DNA from: Syntrophomonadaceae bacterium
GTDB taxonomy: Bacteria > Bacillota > Dethiobacteria > DTU022 > UBA8154
NCBI GenBank assembly: GCA_003556225.1
Contig: PWRN01000063.1
Location: 4,060 to 68,059, forward strand
DNA length: 64,000 nucleotides
Direction of reading: 5' to 3'
A program made the position numbers and the translations under genes. The notes beneath the pieces are model-generated. The model searched no databases and was not told the DNA's origin. It was given only the letters and a program-made list of their open reading frames with translations. Below are positions 52,201-61,534 of the stretch, one piece after another. How positions within the stretch are numbered: the stretch's first letter is position 1; every line of letters starts with the position of its first letter.

Positions 52201-52680
52201 TTCTCCGAAGCCGTTATAAAAGCGGTCGACGAAAACCTGGTAGACAACGGCCTCCCGGATCCAGTCAGGGGTCGCCAGCCCGGGGGCGTGCACCGTCACC
52301 TGGAACCCCGGAGGCACGTGGTCGGTCAGGCGCCCCGGCCCGCCCTTTTGATTCGGGTTGTTGCCGTAATAGTAAACCCCATCGGCGCGCTCAATCCGAA
52401 AGTAGTACCACAACAGGCCGGGGTTTTCCGGGGCCACCAGTTCCACCCGGAACAGGCCCTCTCGTGGGGTAGAGGGCGCATCGTCGGGCAACATGGGAAT
52501 CTGCTCGCTGATCTCCTGCCCCGCATGTTCAAAGGTCTTGTACAGGAAAACGGATTGAACTGCCGGATCCCGGGAGTTCAATTCCGTTTCGATCTTGAGA
52601 TGGATTTTTGTGCCGCAGGGAACCGCACCGAATGGATCACGGTAAAACCGGTCATGGGAGTTGTGGTAAGCCCACATCAT
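49225..52680 (-). CDS. fused GH13 alpha-amylase-family hydrolase (neopullulanase/cyclomaltodextrinase-like) + GH77 4-alpha-glucanotransferase (MalQ/amylomaltase-like), 1151 aa
   Basis: N-half: GH13 regions LDGVFSHTG, GWRLDVVDEL, IGEVWED, LTGSHDVPR; C-half: GVLLHPTSLPSAYGIGGLG...SPYQCFSAFAGNPLLID typical of GH77. Confidence 0.8.
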   Translation of the reverse strand: MMWAYHNSHDRFYRDPFGAVPCGTKIHLKIETELNSRDPAVQSVFLYKTFEHAGQEISEQIPMLPDDAPSTPREGLFRVELVAPENPGLLWYYFRIERADGVYYYGNNPNQKGGPGRLTDHVPPGFQVTVHAPGLATPDWIREAVVYQVFVDRFYNGFGEKVLHPKKNSLLHAYWENDPVYIRDMATGKVVRWDFFGGNLEGLRQKLSYLKTLGVRAIYLNPIFEAPSNHKYDTADYHTVDSMYGTGELFETLCAEARQMGLHVILDGVFSHTGSDSIYFNREGNYPSLGAYQSPDSPYFPWYRFTDYPHKYESWWGIETMPNVNELESSYQDFIIFAPDSVLRHWQKKGARGWRLDVVDELPGEFVKNFRRVTKEQDPDAVLIGEVWEDASNKVSYGERREYLLGEELDSTTNYPLRRILLNYLLEEASPWATHMSLMSLYENYPRQHFYSALNLTGSHDVPRILTELGKNLPETLAAPESERIATERLRLFSLWQASFPGVPCIYYGDEAGLEGGEDPDNRRAYPWGRENRELLEWFKTVIALRNHYDVLQTGSWQILYAGGDIYGFLRVIEGGSDLFDQVKKNNAAVLLFNRSWENSADLSLDLSRWFEESAVDVLNDYQAVALSDGCLELTLNPLEGRMLLKDRWGSNHQEVRESGVLLHPTSLPSAYGIGGLGREARAFIDFLQASGQGLWQILPLNPPGLGFSPYQCFSAFAGNPLLIDPEALVRDQLLTRQDLENPPLFLDDRVDFSRVETYKAGLWRRAFTRFTALGGINKKDFHNFCRENWHWLEDYALFMALKDHFQGLPWNQWEKAAAFRKPPAMQRYRQKLQEEVTFHHFLQYIFFQQWFALKEYAREKGIRIVGDLPIFVAHDSSDVWSRRDLFALDKKGNPSRVAGVPPDYFSEDGQLWGNPLYRWGEMEANGYRWWKDRFALLNRLVDLMRIDHFRGFEAFWEVAAGEESAVNGQWVKGPGEPFFRQVMAELGPLDVIAEDLGHITPEVEDLKVRLGFPGMMVMQFMLEGSPGEKLSLPLYQKNTVLYTGTHDNDTMLGWYQQIAEAAGRAGPSGTAEEEINWYYIELAMGSDAQRVIIPMQDLLGLGSEAHMNTPGTARGNWGWRLLPAQMDRLPQERLLGLTRQYCRHHFSQTM

Positions 52681-52745
52681 CTCATCGCTCCTGGAAGTGT
52701 TCGTGCACTGCTTTTTGGAGATGCAAATCCTGCCTCCCTGCCCTG

Positions 52746-55175
52746 CTAGCTGATAACCAGGGGCTCAATCTCCCAGATCCCCGAGGCATACTGGGAGATT
52801 GTCCGGTCGCTGGAAAATTTCCCGGAGTGGGCAATGTTCACGGTCGTCATCTCGCACCATCGGCTGCGGTCGCTGTAGGCCTGGCTCGCTTCTTCCTGGG
52901 CCTCCACGTAAGAGGCGAAATCCTTCAAAATAAAATACTCGTCATTATGTGCCAGGAGACAATCATGGATCGTCTTAAAATCTCCCCGGGAATTTCCAGG
53001 GAATCCCGCAGTCAACTGGTCCATCAACACTTTTACCCGGGGGTCTTTTTCATAGATATCATAAGAGCGATAGCCCCCGTGCAGGTAATAGCTCATCACC
53101 TCGCTGGAAGAAAGGCCAAAAACGAACATGTTTTCACTCTCGACTTCGTCAAAAATCTCAATATTGGCCCCGTCCATGGTGCCGATGGTCACGGCGCCGT
53201 TCATCATAAATTTCATATTTCCGGTGCCTGAGGCTTCCTTGCTGGCGGTGGATATCTGTTCGCTGAGATCCGCTGCGGGAACAATTAATTCGGCCAGGGA
53301 AACCCGGTAGTTTTCCAGGAAGACCACTTTGATCAATTGGTTTACCTGCGGGTCGGAATTGACCTGTTCCGCCAGGGAAGTAATCAACTTGATCGTGCGT
53401 TTGGCCTGGTGATAGCCGGGAGCTGCTTTTCCGCTGAAAATAAAGGTCCGGGGGGGAAAATTCATGTCCGGATTTTCCTTGAGGCGGTTATAGAGATGCA
53501 TGATATGCAGGACATTTAAAACCTGGCGTTTATAGGCGTGAATACGCTTGACCTGGATATCAAAAATGGATTCAACATCCACAGTGATCCCGTTGTGTTC
53601 CTTGATGTAGCGGGCCAATTTTTCCTTGTTGGCCTGTTTGACCCGGAAGAGCTTTTCCTGGAAGGAGACATCGCGGGAGTAGCGCTCCAGCGCAATCAGG
53701 TCCTCAGGGTGCCGGGTCCATCCTTGCCCGATTACATCGGTGAGCAGTTCTGCCAGCAGGGGGTTGGCCTTGAGCAGCCACCTGCGGTGGGTGATCCCGT
53801 TGGTCTTGTTATTAAATTTTTGAGGGAAATACTGGTAGAACAGGTTCATCTCGCGCTTTTTGAGAATCTTGGTGTGGATCTTGGCCACGCCGTTCACGCT
53901 GTGACTGCCCACGATCGCCAAGTGGGACATCTTCACCCGCCCGTCAGCGACAATAGCCATTTTGTGGATGCGGTCCCAATCACCGGGATATTGCTTCCAA
54001 AGTTCGCGGCAAAACTGTTCGTTCAGCTCCACCACGATCATATGAATCCGCGGCAAGAGTTCTTTAAAAATATCCTCCGGCCAGGTTTCCAGCGCTTCCG
54101 CCAGGGTCGTGTGGTTGGTATAAGAGATGGCCTGGGTGGTAATCTTAAACGCTTTTTCCCAGCTAAACCCTTCCACGTCCATGAGGATGCGCATCAGTTC
54201 TGGTACAGCCAGGGCCGGGTGGGTATCGTTGATATGAAAAGCAATTTTATTGTGCAAGTCATGCAGGGAGCTTTTGCGCCGCTTGTAAGCCCGAATAATA
54301 CTCTGCAGCCCGGCGGAAACCAGGAAGTACTCCTGTTTGAGGCGGAGCACCCTGCCTTCAAAATTGGTGTCGTCGGGATAAAGAAACTGGGAAATGGATT
54401 CGATAGAATATTTATATTCCAGGGCTTTCTGCTGGCTCTCGATACCCGAGGTTAAAAACGCATCACAGGTCGGATCCGGCTCTGCGCTCCAGAGGCGGAG
54501 CGTATTAACCGTTTTATTCAGATAGCCGGTAACAGGGATGTCATACGGAACCGCCAGGACCGGCTCGTAGTTTTCGTGGTGAAAGACCAACTTCTTGCCG
54601 GTGTCTTCCACGCGAACGGTCCCTCCAAACCTCACCTCCACGGCCTTATCGAACTTGCGGAATTCCCAGACATTGCCTTCGCGCAGCCAGTATTCCGGCA
54701 GTTCCACCTGGTGTCCTTCCACGATTTTTTGCTCGAAGAGGCCGTACTTGTAGCGGATCCCGCAGCCATGTCCAGGCAAACTGAGAGAAGCCAGGGAATC
54801 CAGGAAGCAAGCGGCCAATCGACCCAGACCCCCGTTCCCCAATCCGGCATCGGGCTCTTCGGAGATCAACGCTTCCAGGTCCACCCCCAGCTCAGCAAGC
54901 CCTTCTTTACAGATATCCCGGATGCCCAGGTTGATCAGGTTGTTGTCCAGCAGGCGCCCCAGCAGAAACTCCATGGAAAAATAGTAAGCCTGTTTTTCCC
55001 CTGATTCCCGGTATCGATTATTGGTGGCAATCCAGTTGCGGGTAAGCTGGTCCCGGATCATGTTGCCCAGGGTGATGTATTCGTCTGCAGCGGTGGATTC
55101 GCTGACGCTTTTCCCGTGAATGGTTTCCAATCTTTCAATAAAGGCCGCTTTAAAATGTTCTTTGTCCGAAAACAT
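52746..55175 (-). CDS. glgP: alpha-glucan (glycogen/maltodextrin) phosphorylase
   Basis: 809 aa; PLP site EASGTGNMKFMMNGA. Confidence 0.9.
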   Translation of the reverse strand: MFSDKEHFKAAFIERLETIHGKSVSESTAADEYITLGNMIRDQLTRNWIATNNRYRESGEKQAYYFSMEFLLGRLLDNNLINLGIRDICKEGLAELGVDLEALISEEPDAGLGNGGLGRLAACFLDSLASLSLPGHGCGIRYKYGLFEQKIVEGHQVELPEYWLREGNVWEFRKFDKAVEVRFGGTVRVEDTGKKLVFHHENYEPVLAVPYDIPVTGYLNKTVNTLRLWSAEPDPTCDAFLTSGIESQQKALEYKYSIESISQFLYPDDTNFEGRVLRLKQEYFLVSAGLQSIIRAYKRRKSSLHDLHNKIAFHINDTHPALAVPELMRILMDVEGFSWEKAFKITTQAISYTNHTTLAEALETWPEDIFKELLPRIHMIVVELNEQFCRELWKQYPGDWDRIHKMAIVADGRVKMSHLAIVGSHSVNGVAKIHTKILKKREMNLFYQYFPQKFNNKTNGITHRRWLLKANPLLAELLTDVIGQGWTRHPEDLIALERYSRDVSFQEKLFRVKQANKEKLARYIKEHNGITVDVESIFDIQVKRIHAYKRQVLNVLHIMHLYNRLKENPDMNFPPRTFIFSGKAAPGYHQAKRTIKLITSLAEQVNSDPQVNQLIKVVFLENYRVSLAELIVPAADLSEQISTASKEASGTGNMKFMMNGAVTIGTMDGANIEIFDEVESENMFVFGLSSSEVMSYYLHGGYRSYDIYEKDPRVKVLMDQLTAGFPGNSRGDFKTIHDCLLAHNDEYFILKDFASYVEAQEEASQAYSDRSRWCEMTTVNIAHSGKFSSDRTISQYASGIWEIEPLVIS

Positions 55176-55189
55176 CGGCTTTCCCCTTC

Positions 55190-56620
55190 CTATGCTTCAA
55201 GTAACGCCCGGTAAACCTGGATGTACTCGCGCGCAGAGCGCTGCCAGCTGAAATCTTTCTGCCGGGCATTTTTCACAATCACCGGCCAAATCGCGGCGTC
55301 GCGGTAGAATGCCAGGGCTCGTTTAACGGTGTGGAGCATATCGTGAGCGTTGAAATTTTTAAAGCTAAACCCGTTTCCTGTGCCGGTAAACTCGTTGTAG
55401 GGCTGGACGGAGTCTTTTAGACCCCCCGTTTCTCTTACCAGGGGCACGGCGCCGTAGCGCATGGCGATCATCTGGCTGATCCCGCAGGGCTCAAAGCGGG
55501 AAGGCATGAAAAAGATATCCGCGCCGGCATAAATTTTCCGCGCCAGGGAATCATCAAAGTCCAGGGTAACGGAGAGCCGCTCCGGGTAGCGCTGAGCGAA
55601 TTCTTGCAGGCGGTCGGCATAGGAAGGCTCCCCGGTCCCCAGGAAAACCAGCTGCAGGTTGAGGGCCAGCAACTCTTCCAGGACGTGCATCACCAGGTCC
55701 AATCCTTTTTGCTCCACCAGCCGACCGATGAAAGCAAAAAGGGGAATGGTTTTATCCTGGGGCAAACCCAAAAGCTCCTGCAGCTTCAGCTTGTTTTCGC
55801 TTTTCTTATCCAGTTCATCTTTGTAGTTCACAAAAAGATGGGGGTCTGTTTGAGGGTTATAGACCTCGTAATCAATGCCGTTGATCATCCCTTTCAGCCG
55901 GTCACTTCTTTTCTGCAGCAAACCTTCCAGGCGTTTGCCGTAATAGGGTGTCTTGATTTCCTCTGCGTAGGTTGGGCTCACCGTAGTTAAAAAATCAGAA
56001 AAAGCCAGCCCGCCTTTCAGATAGCTGCCCTGCCCGTAAAATTCCAGGCCATCCAGGGTAAAGTGCTCTGGCCCCAGTTCCAGCAGTTCTTCCAGAAGGT
56101 CCCGTGGGAAAATCCCCTGGTAATGCAAATTGTGGACCGTGAAAACCGTGCGGATACCTCGAAAAAACCGGTCGGCGCCGTACTGGGTTTTTAAAAAGAC
56201 GCTGACCAGGCCTGCCTGCCAGTCATGAGCGTGGATGACCTGGGGTTGAAAGTGCAGGCAGGGTAGGCTTTCCAGGGCAGCCCGGGAAAAAAAGGCGAAC
56301 CGCTCGGCATCATCGTTGTATCCATAGAGCTTATCCCTCTTGAAATAGTATTCGTTATCCACGAAATAAAACGGAATGCCCGCATGTTCAGCCTCCAGGA
56401 TGCCACAATACTGAAAGCGCCAGCCCAGGGAGACGGTCAGGCGTTTACGCAGTTTCATTTTCGAGCGGAGTTGGAAGGGAATGGTTCCATATTTGGGCAT
56501 CACAACCCGGGCATCTACCCCTTGTTTTCTGAGCTCAAGGGGCAGCGAGCCGATCACGTCGGCCAACCCACCGGTTTTCGCAAAAGGGACCCCTTCAGAA
56601 GCAACCAACAGGACGTTCAT
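55190..56620 (-). CDS. glgA: glycogen synthase (ADP-glucose type)
   Basis: start MNVLLVASEGVPFAKTGGLADV (KTGGL motif) with GAGGAGG SD; track ORF extends 44 codons further upstream without SD. Confidence 0.9.
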   Translation of the reverse strand: MNVLLVASEGVPFAKTGGLADVIGSLPLELRKQGVDARVVMPKYGTIPFQLRSKMKLRKRLTVSLGWRFQYCGILEAEHAGIPFYFVDNEYYFKRDKLYGYNDDAERFAFFSRAALESLPCLHFQPQVIHAHDWQAGLVSVFLKTQYGADRFFRGIRTVFTVHNLHYQGIFPRDLLEELLELGPEHFTLDGLEFYGQGSYLKGGLAFSDFLTTVSPTYAEEIKTPYYGKRLEGLLQKRSDRLKGMINGIDYEVYNPQTDPHLFVNYKDELDKKSENKLKLQELLGLPQDKTIPLFAFIGRLVEQKGLDLVMHVLEELLALNLQLVFLGTGEPSYADRLQEFAQRYPERLSVTLDFDDSLARKIYAGADIFFMPSRFEPCGISQMIAMRYGAVPLVRETGGLKDSVQPYNEFTGTGNGFSFKNFNAHDMLHTVKRALAFYRDAAIWPVIVKNARQKDFSWQRSAREYIQVYRALLEA

Positions 56621-56639
56621 CACAAATCCTCCTCGCCCG

Positions 56640-57755
56640 TTAAACGGTTTTTCTTTTTTCAAGCACCACAGGCTTTCTTTCCTCCCCACGAAAAGTCTTG
56701 TGGGCGGAGACGTAAGCTTCCTTGTCCAGGATCGCGTACTCCACCCGGGCATTTTCCCCGATTACGCTCCGCTGCAATACAATACTGTCTTTGACATGGG
56801 CTCCCTTATGCACGCGCACACCTCGAAAGAGAACGCTGTTTTCCACGCGCCCCTCGATGATGCAGCCGTTGGCCAGGATGGAATTCTGTACAACGGCGTT
56901 TTCCGTGTACCGGGTCGGCGGTTCATCTTTCACCTTGGTATAAATTAACCCCGGCTGGAAAAACAGTTCACCCCAGATCGAGGGCTGTAAGAGATCCATA
57001 TTGCGCCGGTAAAAAAGACCGATGGAATGGATCATGGAAAGGAAACCCTCTGCCGGAAATGCGCACACCTTCAGGTTCTGTAAATTCCCGATGATGCCGT
57101 CTCCCAGCAGGTGGAATTTGCCTGCTTCGGTGCACTGCTGGATCAAATCCAGCAGCAGGGCTTTCCTCATAACATAAATGCAGAGGGCGGCTTTTTCACC
57201 CCGGGCGGGGTTGGAAGCCGTGATGATTTCTTGGACGCGTTCGCCCTCCCCGGTAATGATCTTTCCGCAGCCAGCAAAATCCGGCTCAGGGTGTTCTACT
57301 TCTTTATAGAGAATAGTGATATCCGCATCAGATTCCCGATGAAAGGACACAGCCGGGGCAAAGTCCAGGTTACACACCAGGTTGCTCCCGGAAATCACCA
57401 CGTATTCCTGCCGGCAGCGATGAAAATAATCCAGGTGCTGGTTAAAGCTCTGCAGGGCACCTTGAAATTCGGAAGAGTGATAATGGGTCTGGGGTGGCAG
57501 GATGAATAAACCGTCTTGCTTGCGGTTTAAATCCCACGACTTCCCTGTTTCCAGGTGATCCATGAGAGAACGGTACTTTCGGACCGTGAAAACAGAAACA
57601 TTAAAAATGCCTGTGTTAACCATGCTGGAAAGAATGAAATCAATCAGGCGGTAGCGGCCGCCAAAGGGAACGGAAGCCACGCAGCGGTCTTTGGTTAAGG
57701 GCTGAAGTGCCTCGTCATCGTCATTCACGTAAATTACGCCCATCACGTCTTTCAT
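56640..57755 (-). CDS. glgD: glucose-1-phosphate adenylyltransferase GlgD subunit
   Basis: 371 aa; [17 protein letters not shown] nucleotidyltransferase fold plus left-handed beta-helix C-terminus; lacks some GlgC catalytic residues as GlgD does. Confidence 0.8.
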   Translation of the reverse strand: MKDVMGVIYVNDDDEALQPLTKDRCVASVPFGGRYRLIDFILSSMVNTGIFNVSVFTVRKYRSLMDHLETGKSWDLNRKQDGLFILPPQTHYHSSEFQGALQSFNQHLDYFHRCRQEYVVISGSNLVCNLDFAPAVSFHRESDADITILYKEVEHPEPDFAGCGKIITGEGERVQEIITASNPARGEKAALCIYVMRKALLLDLIQQCTEAGKFHLLGDGIIGNLQNLKVCAFPAEGFLSMIHSIGLFYRRNMDLLQPSIWGELFFQPGLIYTKVKDEPPTRYTENAVVQNSILANGCIIEGRVENSVLFRGVRVHKGAHVKDSIVLQRSVIGENARVEYAILDKEAYVSAHKTFRGEERKPVVLEKRKTV

Positions 57756-58948
57756 TTCTTTTCCCCCCTGAGGCCCATCATTTCACCGTTTAACGTGCTC
57801 TCCACGACAGAATTATCGGGGAAGATGGAGTTTTCCCGCACCACGATCAGTTCCTTGCCCGGGCTGGACGTATAACAACCGTTTCCGATGATCACGTTTT
57901 CACCAATGATCGCCCGCTCCAGCAGCACGTCGGTTCCGATGGTCGTCCCTGACATGATGATGGAATCCCGCAAAACACTGCCCTTTCCCACCTGCACCCC
58001 GGGGAAGAGAATGGAATGTTCCACCTGGCCAAAGACCATGCATCCCTCGTTGATCAAAGATCGTTTAACCCGGGCAGCGGGGTCAATATAATGGGGAGGC
58101 TGGTTGGGGTTGACCGTATAAATGGGCCAGGTTAGATCATTCAGATCCAAATCGGGTTGGTCCTGCAGCAGGTCCATGTTGGCCTCCCAAAAGCTCTCCA
58201 GGGTGCCCACGTCCTTCCAGTACCCCCGGAAGAGGTAGGCGAACATGCGGCAGTCGGCCTGGAGCATCTGGGGAATGACATTTTTTCCAAAGTCATTACT
58301 GGAAGCGGGATTGGCCTGGTCCACGCGCAGGTGGTCTTGCAAGATTTCCCGGTCAAAAATATAGATCCCCATGGAAGCCAGGTTATTCCGTGGTTTTTCA
58401 GGTTTCTCTTCAAACTCCACGATGCGACCGTCCTGCGCCGTGTTCATAATACCAAAGCGGCTGGCTTCCGCCCAGGGCACCTCGATGACGGCTATGGTCA
58501 CATCCGCCTGCTTCTCCTGGTGGTATTTCAACATGCGAGAGTAATCCATTTTATAAATATGGTCCCCGGAAATGACCAGGACGTAGCGAGGATCATAACG
58601 TTCAATGAAATATAAATTTTGAAAAATGGCATCGGCCGTTCCCTTGTACCATTCCCCGCCTTTCTGATCAACAAAAGGAGACAAAACGGTAACGCCCCCG
58701 TCTTTCCGATCCAGGTCCCAGGGAATCCCGATCCCGATGTGGGAGTTTAAGATCAGGGGTTGGTACTGGGTCAACACTCCCACGGTGAGGATGCCCGAGT
58801 TTGTACAGTTGCTTAACGTGAAGTCGATCACACGGTATTTACCACCAAAAGGGACAGCCGGCTTGGCTAACTCCCGGGTTAACATACCCAGTCTTCGGCC
58901 CTCACCCCCGGCCAGGAGCATGGCCACGCAGTCTCTTGCCCTGATCAC
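57752..58948 (-). CDS. glgC: glucose-1-phosphate adenylyltransferase
   Basis: [40 protein letters not shown]; GTG 58948 start with GGAGGG SD; 4-nt overlap with glgD. Confidence 0.9.
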   Translation of the reverse strand: MIRARDCVAMLLAGGEGRRLGMLTRELAKPAVPFGGKYRVIDFTLSNCTNSGILTVGVLTQYQPLILNSHIGIGIPWDLDRKDGGVTVLSPFVDQKGGEWYKGTADAIFQNLYFIERYDPRYVLVISGDHIYKMDYSRMLKYHQEKQADVTIAVIEVPWAEASRFGIMNTAQDGRIVEFEEKPEKPRNNLASMGIYIFDREILQDHLRVDQANPASSNDFGKNVIPQMLQADCRMFAYLFRGYWKDVGTLESFWEANMDLLQDQPDLDLNDLTWPIYTVNPNQPPHYIDPAARVKRSLINEGCMVFGQVEHSILFPGVQVGKGSVLRDSIIMSGTTIGTDVLLERAIIGENVIIGNGCYTSSPGKELIVVRENSIFPDNSVVESTLNGEMMGLRGEKK

Positions 58949-58977
58949 GATGATCCCTCCTCGCTCACTTCTTCCGG

Positions 58978-60876
58978 TTACTCCCGGCTTAAGACGATGA
59001 CCGCCAGGGGAGGAACGACGAGCTGCAAACTCCAATCTTGATTATGCCAGCGGACTTGCTCCGCTGCCAGGACTTCTGGATTCCTCTGCCCCGAACCACC
59101 GAACTTTTCCGCGTCACTGTTGAAAATTTCCCGGTATTTCCCCGGGCCGGGAACCCCGACACGGTAGTCCTGGTGCACGGCCGGGGTAAAGTTGCAGAGC
59201 ACCACCCGGCAGTCCCTTTCCTGGCGGCCCTTGCGCAAGAAAGTGATGATGCTCTGGCTGTAGTCGTGGGGATCGATCCACTGGAATCCGGCAGCATGGT
59301 GATCCAGTTCCCAAAAAGGTTTTTCCTCCCGGTAAAATGCATGCAGCTCCCGGGCGAAGCACTGCAGCCGCCCATGCAGCTCATATTCCAGCAGGTTCCA
59401 ATCCAGTTGGCTTTCGTAGTCCCACTCGGCAAGCTGGCCTAACTCCCCCCCCATGAAAACAAGTTTTTTCCCGGGATGGGTCATCATGTAGGCGAACAGC
59501 AGGCGCAGGTTGGCAAATTTTTGCCAGTAATCCCCCGGCATCTTATCCAGCAAGGATTTTTTGCAGTGCACAACCTCATCGTGGGAGAGGGGGAGGACAA
59601 AGTTCTCTGAAAAGGCATACCAAAAAGAAAACGTTAACAGGTTATGGTGCCATTTCCGGTGCACCGGATCGATCTCCATGTATTGGAGCATATCGTTCAT
59701 CCAACCCATGTTCCATTTAAAATTGAATCCCAGGCCTCCCAGGTAGGTCGGAGCGGTCACCTGCGGCCACTGGGTAGACTCTTCGGCGATCATGAGAGCA
59801 TCCGGGTAATGGCGGAAAACCTGTTCATTCAGCTTTTTGATAAACGATACCGCCTCCAGGTTTTCCCGACCGCCGAAGCGATTGGGTGTCCATTGACCCG
59901 CTTCCCGTCCGAAGTCCAGGTAAAGCATGCTGGCGACAGCATCAACCCGCAGACCATCGATGTGGTAAACATCCATCCAAAAAAGCGCGTTGGAAATCAG
60001 GAAGCTCTGCACTTCAGGTTTGCCCAGGTCGAAGGTTTGTGTGTCCCACTGGGCACTTTCAGCCCTTTGACCGTCGGCGGGTTCAAATAGTGGTGACCCG
60101 TCGAAATACCTTAACCCATGAGCATCTTTACAGAAATGCCCCGGCACCCAGTCCATGATCACGCCAAGGCCTTCGCGGTGGCAGTGGTCTACAAAATACA
60201 TGAAATCTTCGGGTTTTCCGTAACGGCTGGTGACCGCATAGTAACCCGTTGCCTGGTATCCCCAGGAGCCGTCATAAGGGTGTTCCGCCAGGGGCAGCAG
60301 TTCCAGGTGGGTGTATCCCATGTCAACAGCGTAGTCGACCAGTTCATGGGCTAACTCCCGGTAAGTCAAAAAGTCCCCGGAATGCTTTCTTCTCCAGGAA
60401 CCCAGGTGTACTTCGTAAATCAGCATCGGCTGGTCATAGGGACTGGAAGACGCTCGTTTTGCCATCCAGGCCTGGTCTCCCCACTGGTATGCTTTCAGGG
60501 AGGCAATGCGCGATGCTGAAGCGGGCCTCACTTCTGCTTCAAAGGCAAAAGGATCTGCTTTTTGTAAGATATCTCCGGCGGCTGTAACAATCTCATATTT
60601 ATAGGCATGTCCCAGCTGTGCCGCGGGAACAAAAAGAGACCAGATACCCGTTTTTTTTTCCTTCTCCATGAGATGTCCCCCGCCCTGCCAGCCGTTAAAA
60701 TCGCCGACTACCCTTACTTCACGAGCAGCGGGCGCCCACACCGAAAAACGCACCCCGGCCAAATCATCCTCCACGCGGAGATGGGCTCCGAGAACCTTGT
60801 AGCTCTGGAACAAAGTGCCTTCATGAAATAAATACAAATTGTAATCGTCCGGGGCAGCAGACTCCATGATGAACAA
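58978..60876 (-). CDS. glgB: 1,4-alpha-glucan branching enzyme
   Basis: 632 aa; CBM48 N-domain, GH13 catalytic regions [23 protein letters not shown]. Confidence 0.9.
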   Translation of the reverse strand: MFIMESAAPDDYNLYLFHEGTLFQSYKVLGAHLRVEDDLAGVRFSVWAPAAREVRVVGDFNGWQGGGHLMEKEKKTGIWSLFVPAAQLGHAYKYEIVTAAGDILQKADPFAFEAEVRPASASRIASLKAYQWGDQAWMAKRASSSPYDQPMLIYEVHLGSWRRKHSGDFLTYRELAHELVDYAVDMGYTHLELLPLAEHPYDGSWGYQATGYYAVTSRYGKPEDFMYFVDHCHREGLGVIMDWVPGHFCKDAHGLRYFDGSPLFEPADGQRAESAQWDTQTFDLGKPEVQSFLISNALFWMDVYHIDGLRVDAVASMLYLDFGREAGQWTPNRFGGRENLEAVSFIKKLNEQVFRHYPDALMIAEESTQWPQVTAPTYLGGLGFNFKWNMGWMNDMLQYMEIDPVHRKWHHNLLTFSFWYAFSENFVLPLSHDEVVHCKKSLLDKMPGDYWQKFANLRLLFAYMMTHPGKKLVFMGGELGQLAEWDYESQLDWNLLEYELHGRLQCFARELHAFYREEKPFWELDHHAAGFQWIDPHDYSQSIITFLRKGRQERDCRVVLCNFTPAVHQDYRVGVPGPGKYREIFNSDAEKFGGSGQRNPEVLAAEQVRWHNQDWSLQLVVPPLAVIVLSRE

Positions 60877-61088
60877 TCCCTATGTCAAAGTTTTTTATCA
60901 CAATTATGGTAAAAAAAGACGGTTCTCCGCCGCGCAAAGATAACACAGAACAGTGTTACCTGCTCTATTTTAAATATTCTGGATAGAGACATCTAATCCT
61001 GCAGCGCGAAAAAATAATCAATGTCCGGATGGTGACCGGCATGGTGACCTGGTCGGCAGCACTGAGGGATTGGGTGGGTACCTAGTTA

Positions 61089-61135
61089 TATAAAAGCCCG
61101 GGCCATAACCCTGCCTGGGAAATCACCCCCAGGCA
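61089..61135 (-). terminator. possible terminator of the ADH-AOR-MoaD operon (TGCCTGGG...CCCAGGCA hairpin, GCCCGGGC palindrome, TTTTAT)
   Basis: seen on minus strand ~60 nt after MoaD-like stop; T-tract short. Confidence 0.35.
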
Positions 61136-61192
61136 AAATTACGGGCTGAAAGAACCCCGGAGAGGCGGCCAATTCCAGGGCGAATCTCTGCA

Positions 61193-61435
61193 CTAACCCC
61201 CGGATACCGGGGGCAAAACGGCCACCTGGTCTCCATCCTTCAAGAGCAGGTCCTTGCCGGCAATTCTGTTGTTTACGACCAGCGTGCATTCTTCGCCGGA
61301 AGGAATTCCCAGGGCAGCAAGTAAATCATTTGTCGTGTGGTTTTCTTGCAGGGATAACGGGCCCTGCCCGTTATCCATAGCGGGCGTTGCGTACTTCCGC
61401 AAGTTCAAGTACAGTTTTACCTGGACAGTTTTCAT
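61193..61435 (-). CDS. MoaD/ThiS-family ubiquitin-like sulfur-carrier protein (C-terminal Gly-Gly)
   Basis: 80 aa ending ...DGDQVAVLPPVSGG; beta-grasp-like composition; 99 nt downstream of AOR. Confidence 0.65.
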   Translation of the reverse strand: MKTVQVKLYLNLRKYATPAMDNGQGPLSLQENHTTNDLLAALGIPSGEECTLVVNNRIAGKDLLLKDGDQVAVLPPVSGG

Positions 61436-61534
61436 GGTGTAGGCTCACTTCCGATTGGAGCGGTTTTCCTCCTTCCTGGATTTTAAATCACATTCCCGAG
61501 ACGATCCAGGCAGCGTTCGGTGTCCACTGTGGCC

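Noticed and set aside
51037-54455. 328-aa and 305-aa plus-strand ORFs inside the GH13-GH77 gene and glgP
   Set aside because: Antisense to strongly motif-supported glycoside hydrolase and phosphorylase genes.
61196-61212. CCCCCGG-ata-CCGGGGG palindrome as terminator
   Set aside because: It encodes the C-terminal PPVSGG of the MoaD-like protein and lies upstream of the stop codon; the palindrome is a coding coincidence of Pro/Gly codons.
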